From NCBI GenBank assembly GCA_041669165.1, contig JBAYBT010000001.1:1-60064 (forward strand): a stretch of 60,064 nucleotides of DNA. The letters are read 5' to 3'. Under the pieces are notes generated by a model. That model had not been told where the DNA came from. It saw nothing but the letters and a program-made list of their open reading frames with translations, and made no database searches. The DNA is from Parabacteroides sp. (lineage in GTDB: Bacteria; Bacteroidota; Bacteroidia; Bacteroidales; Tannerellaceae). This document shows, one piece after another, positions 58,115 through 60,064 of the stretch; within the stretch, counting starts at the first letter, position 1, and every line of letters begins with the position of its first letter. The position numbers and the translations under genes were made by a program.

Positions 58115-60064
58115 ATGCATTCATACTATAAGAATCTTCTGGTAGTAGCACTCCTGCTCTTAATGGCATTTGGAGACTGTAACTTCACTAAGGCGGTATT
58201 GCTCGATAAAGGAATCAGTCAAGAACTTGCCCAATACAGAAAAGGAAACTTCGGACAAATACGTTATCATCTGTTTTTCTCTGTCCCGGAGAAAAAACAG
58301 GATTCCGTCACTGGTACAGCCGAACTGATTCTCTCTATGAAGAAAGCACGTGATATCATCATTGATTTTCGTGGAAACAAGGAACAAATATCGTCTGTAA
58401 CCTTAAATTCGAAAGCCGTATCATACGTTTTTAAAAATGAACACATCGTGATAAATGCTCAGGATGTATCCAAAGGCGAAAATCATGTAAAGATTGCATT
58501 CATCGCCGGCGACCAGTCACTCAATCGTCGTGACGATTTGTTTTATACTCTATTGGTTCCTGATCGCGCGCGGACACTGTTCCCCTGTTTTGATCAGCCA
58601 GATATGAAAGCATTATTCACACTTGCTTTAGAGATTCCGGCAACATGGAAGGCCGTCGCCAACGGAGCCGTTGAACGAATAGATTCGATATCTGTCCCAG
58701 GCCGTAAATGTTTCTATTTTCATGAAACCAAACCGCTCAGCACCTATCTCTTCTCTTTCGTTGGCGGCAATCTACAACAGTTGACATTTAGCCGGAATGG
58801 CAAACAAATCTCTATGTTTCATCGTGAAACAGATTCCAAAAAGATTACTCAATGTCCGGATATTGCAAACGAAGTGTTTGATGCTTTGGAATGGATGGAA
58901 CACTATACAAACACTCCATATCCATTTGCCAAATACGATTTTATTATTTTGCCCGGATTCCAATTTGGAGGAATGGAACATACCGGTGCAACCTTATACA
59001 ATGACAACAGTATCTTCCTCAATGAGAATCCGACGTTGGACGAACGCCTGCGACGCAGCACGCTAATTGCGCATGAGACCGCCCACATGTGGTTCGGCGA
59101 TGATGTAACAATGGCATGGTTTAACGACGTATGGACAAAAGAGGTGTTTGCCAACTATTTTGCTTTACGTATTGTTGAACCACAATATAAAAAAATCAAC
59201 CATAGACTCAATTTTCTGCTCAACTATTATCCCTCAGCTTATGCAGAAGATCGCACAGTCGGCACTACTCCCGTGAAGCAGAGGCTTGACAACCTGAACA
59301 ATGCCGGTTTAGTGTATGGAAATATTATATACGACAAATCACCCATTGTCATGAATATGTTAGTTCGGATGATAGGCGAAGAAAACTTTCGATCGGGACT
59401 GCAAGAATATTTAAAAAAGTATGCCTACAGTAATGCAACATGGGATGATCTGATTGCCATTCTATCTAAGCATACCCATAAAGATTTGAAAACATGGAGT
59501 CATGTATGGATCAACGAAAAAGGAATGCCTGAAGTCATTTGTAAAATGACCAACGATACTTTAATCGTTTCGCAAAAAGACAACTGGAATCGCGGATTGT
59601 CATGGCCCCAAACTTTCTTCATTCAGATAAAAAACGCAAATCATTCGGAAGAAATACCTGTCTTATTCGAGAAAAATATCAACTCCATACAAAAGAAACT
59701 CTCCTTCCATCCGAATGAATTTTCATGTATAATTCCAAACAGCGACGGGCAAGGATACGGATTCTTTCATATCGGGGAAAATGAAACCGACAGTCTGTTT
59801 GCTACACTTAAAAGCAGTACAGACGAAATTTTACGAGGCTCATTATTAATCACCTTGTATGAAAACCTATTGAATCACACCCTTCAAGCAAATAAATATC
59901 TCAAGTACATGCTGTCTTACCTGCCGGAAGAGAAAAATCCCCTCCTCTTCTCGTCTGCTTTGAACTACATCAGCAGCTGTCAAAGACTGTTCCCAACAGA
60001 TTCGAAGATTCTGGAAAAAGCGTTATGGAAAATTATAACTACCTCTCCTAATAAATCATTCCGC
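58115..60064 (+). CDS. pepN: M1-family aminopeptidase N, runs off the window end
   Basis: Manual translation from ATG at 58115: MHSYYKNLLVVALLLLMAFG...ARTLFPCFDQPDMKA...FGGMEH...IAHETAHMWFGD...WTKEVFA...IYDKS. Not in the ORF track because there is no stop in the window. Confidence 0.9.
   Translation, partial: MHSYYKNLLVVALLLLMAFGDCNFTKAVLLDKGISQELAQYRKGNFGQIRYHLFFSVPEKKQDSVTGTAELILSMKKARDIIIDFRGNKEQISSVTLNSKAVSYVFKNEHIVINAQDVSKGENHVKIAFIAGDQSLNRRDDLFYTLLVPDRARTLFPCFDQPDMKALFTLALEIPATWKAVANGAVERIDSISVPGRKCFYFHETKPLSTYLFSFVGGNLQQLTFSRNGKQISMFHRETDSKKITQCPDIANEVFDALEWMEHYTNTPYPFAKYDFIILPGFQFGGMEHTGATLYNDNSIFLNENPTLDERLRRSTLIAHETAHMWFGDDVTMAWFNDVWTKEVFANYFALRIVEPQYKKINHRLNFLLNYYPSAYAEDRTVGTTPVKQRLDNLNNAGLVYGNIIYDKSPIVMNMLVRMIGEENFRSGLQEYLKKYAYSNATWDDLIAILSKHTHKDLKTWSHVWINEKGMPEVICKMTNDTLIVSQKDNWNRGLSWPQTFFIQIKNANHSEEIPVLFEKNINSIQKKLSFHPNEFSCIIPNSDGQGYGFFHIGENETDSLFATLKSSTDEILRGSLLITLYENLLNHTLQANKYLKYMLSYLPEEKNPLLFSSALNYISSCQRLFPTDSKILEKALWKIITTSPNKSFR

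Noticed and set aside
1-60064. CRISPR arrays, tRNA/rRNA genes, IS elements, integrases, prophage genes
   Set aside because: No repeat-spacer periodicity, cloverleaf or rRNA signatures, or recombinase/transposase motifs seen by eye; intergenic gaps are all under about 360 bp.

Overview
AT-rich chromosomal segment of a Bacteroidales bacterium, probably Parabacteroides/Tannerellaceae-like. This is inferred from gene content, eukaryote/archaeal-type ProRS, and TAnnTTTG -7 promoter elements before most transcription units. About 44 genes are present, two of them truncated by the window edges and missing from the ORF track. Most are housekeeping or metabolic: an MBOAT plus two SGNH envelope O-acylation cluster, amidase, anSME, TldD/PmbA, ADP-forming acyl-CoA synthetase, cysteine desulfidase, UraA, CobQ, AldA, GrpE/DnaJ, MutS2, Dcp, FabK-like, PBP1A, Tdh/Kbl, PanB, Pgk, ProS, a 3-keto-glycoside pair, and M16 and M1 peptidases. 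I saw no rRNA, tRNA, CRISPR array, transposase or integrase. The best candidates for undescribed biology are: (1) a LytTR-only regulator, a bitopic TonB-C protein and an outer-membrane barrel cassette that looks like a sigma-free trans-envelope signalling system; (2) a fused ABC-ATPase/TOPRIM (PARIS/OLD-like) nuclease inside the proS operon; (3) an orphan UpxY antiterminator with no operon to act on; (4) a Tat-signal TldD with a signal-less PmbA coupled to a radical SAM/SPASM gene; (5) a promoter-plus-terminator-defined candidate sRNA; (6) a GNAT plus free-standing AlaX-type tRNA editing pair. All family calls come from motif recognition by eye; no database searches were run.
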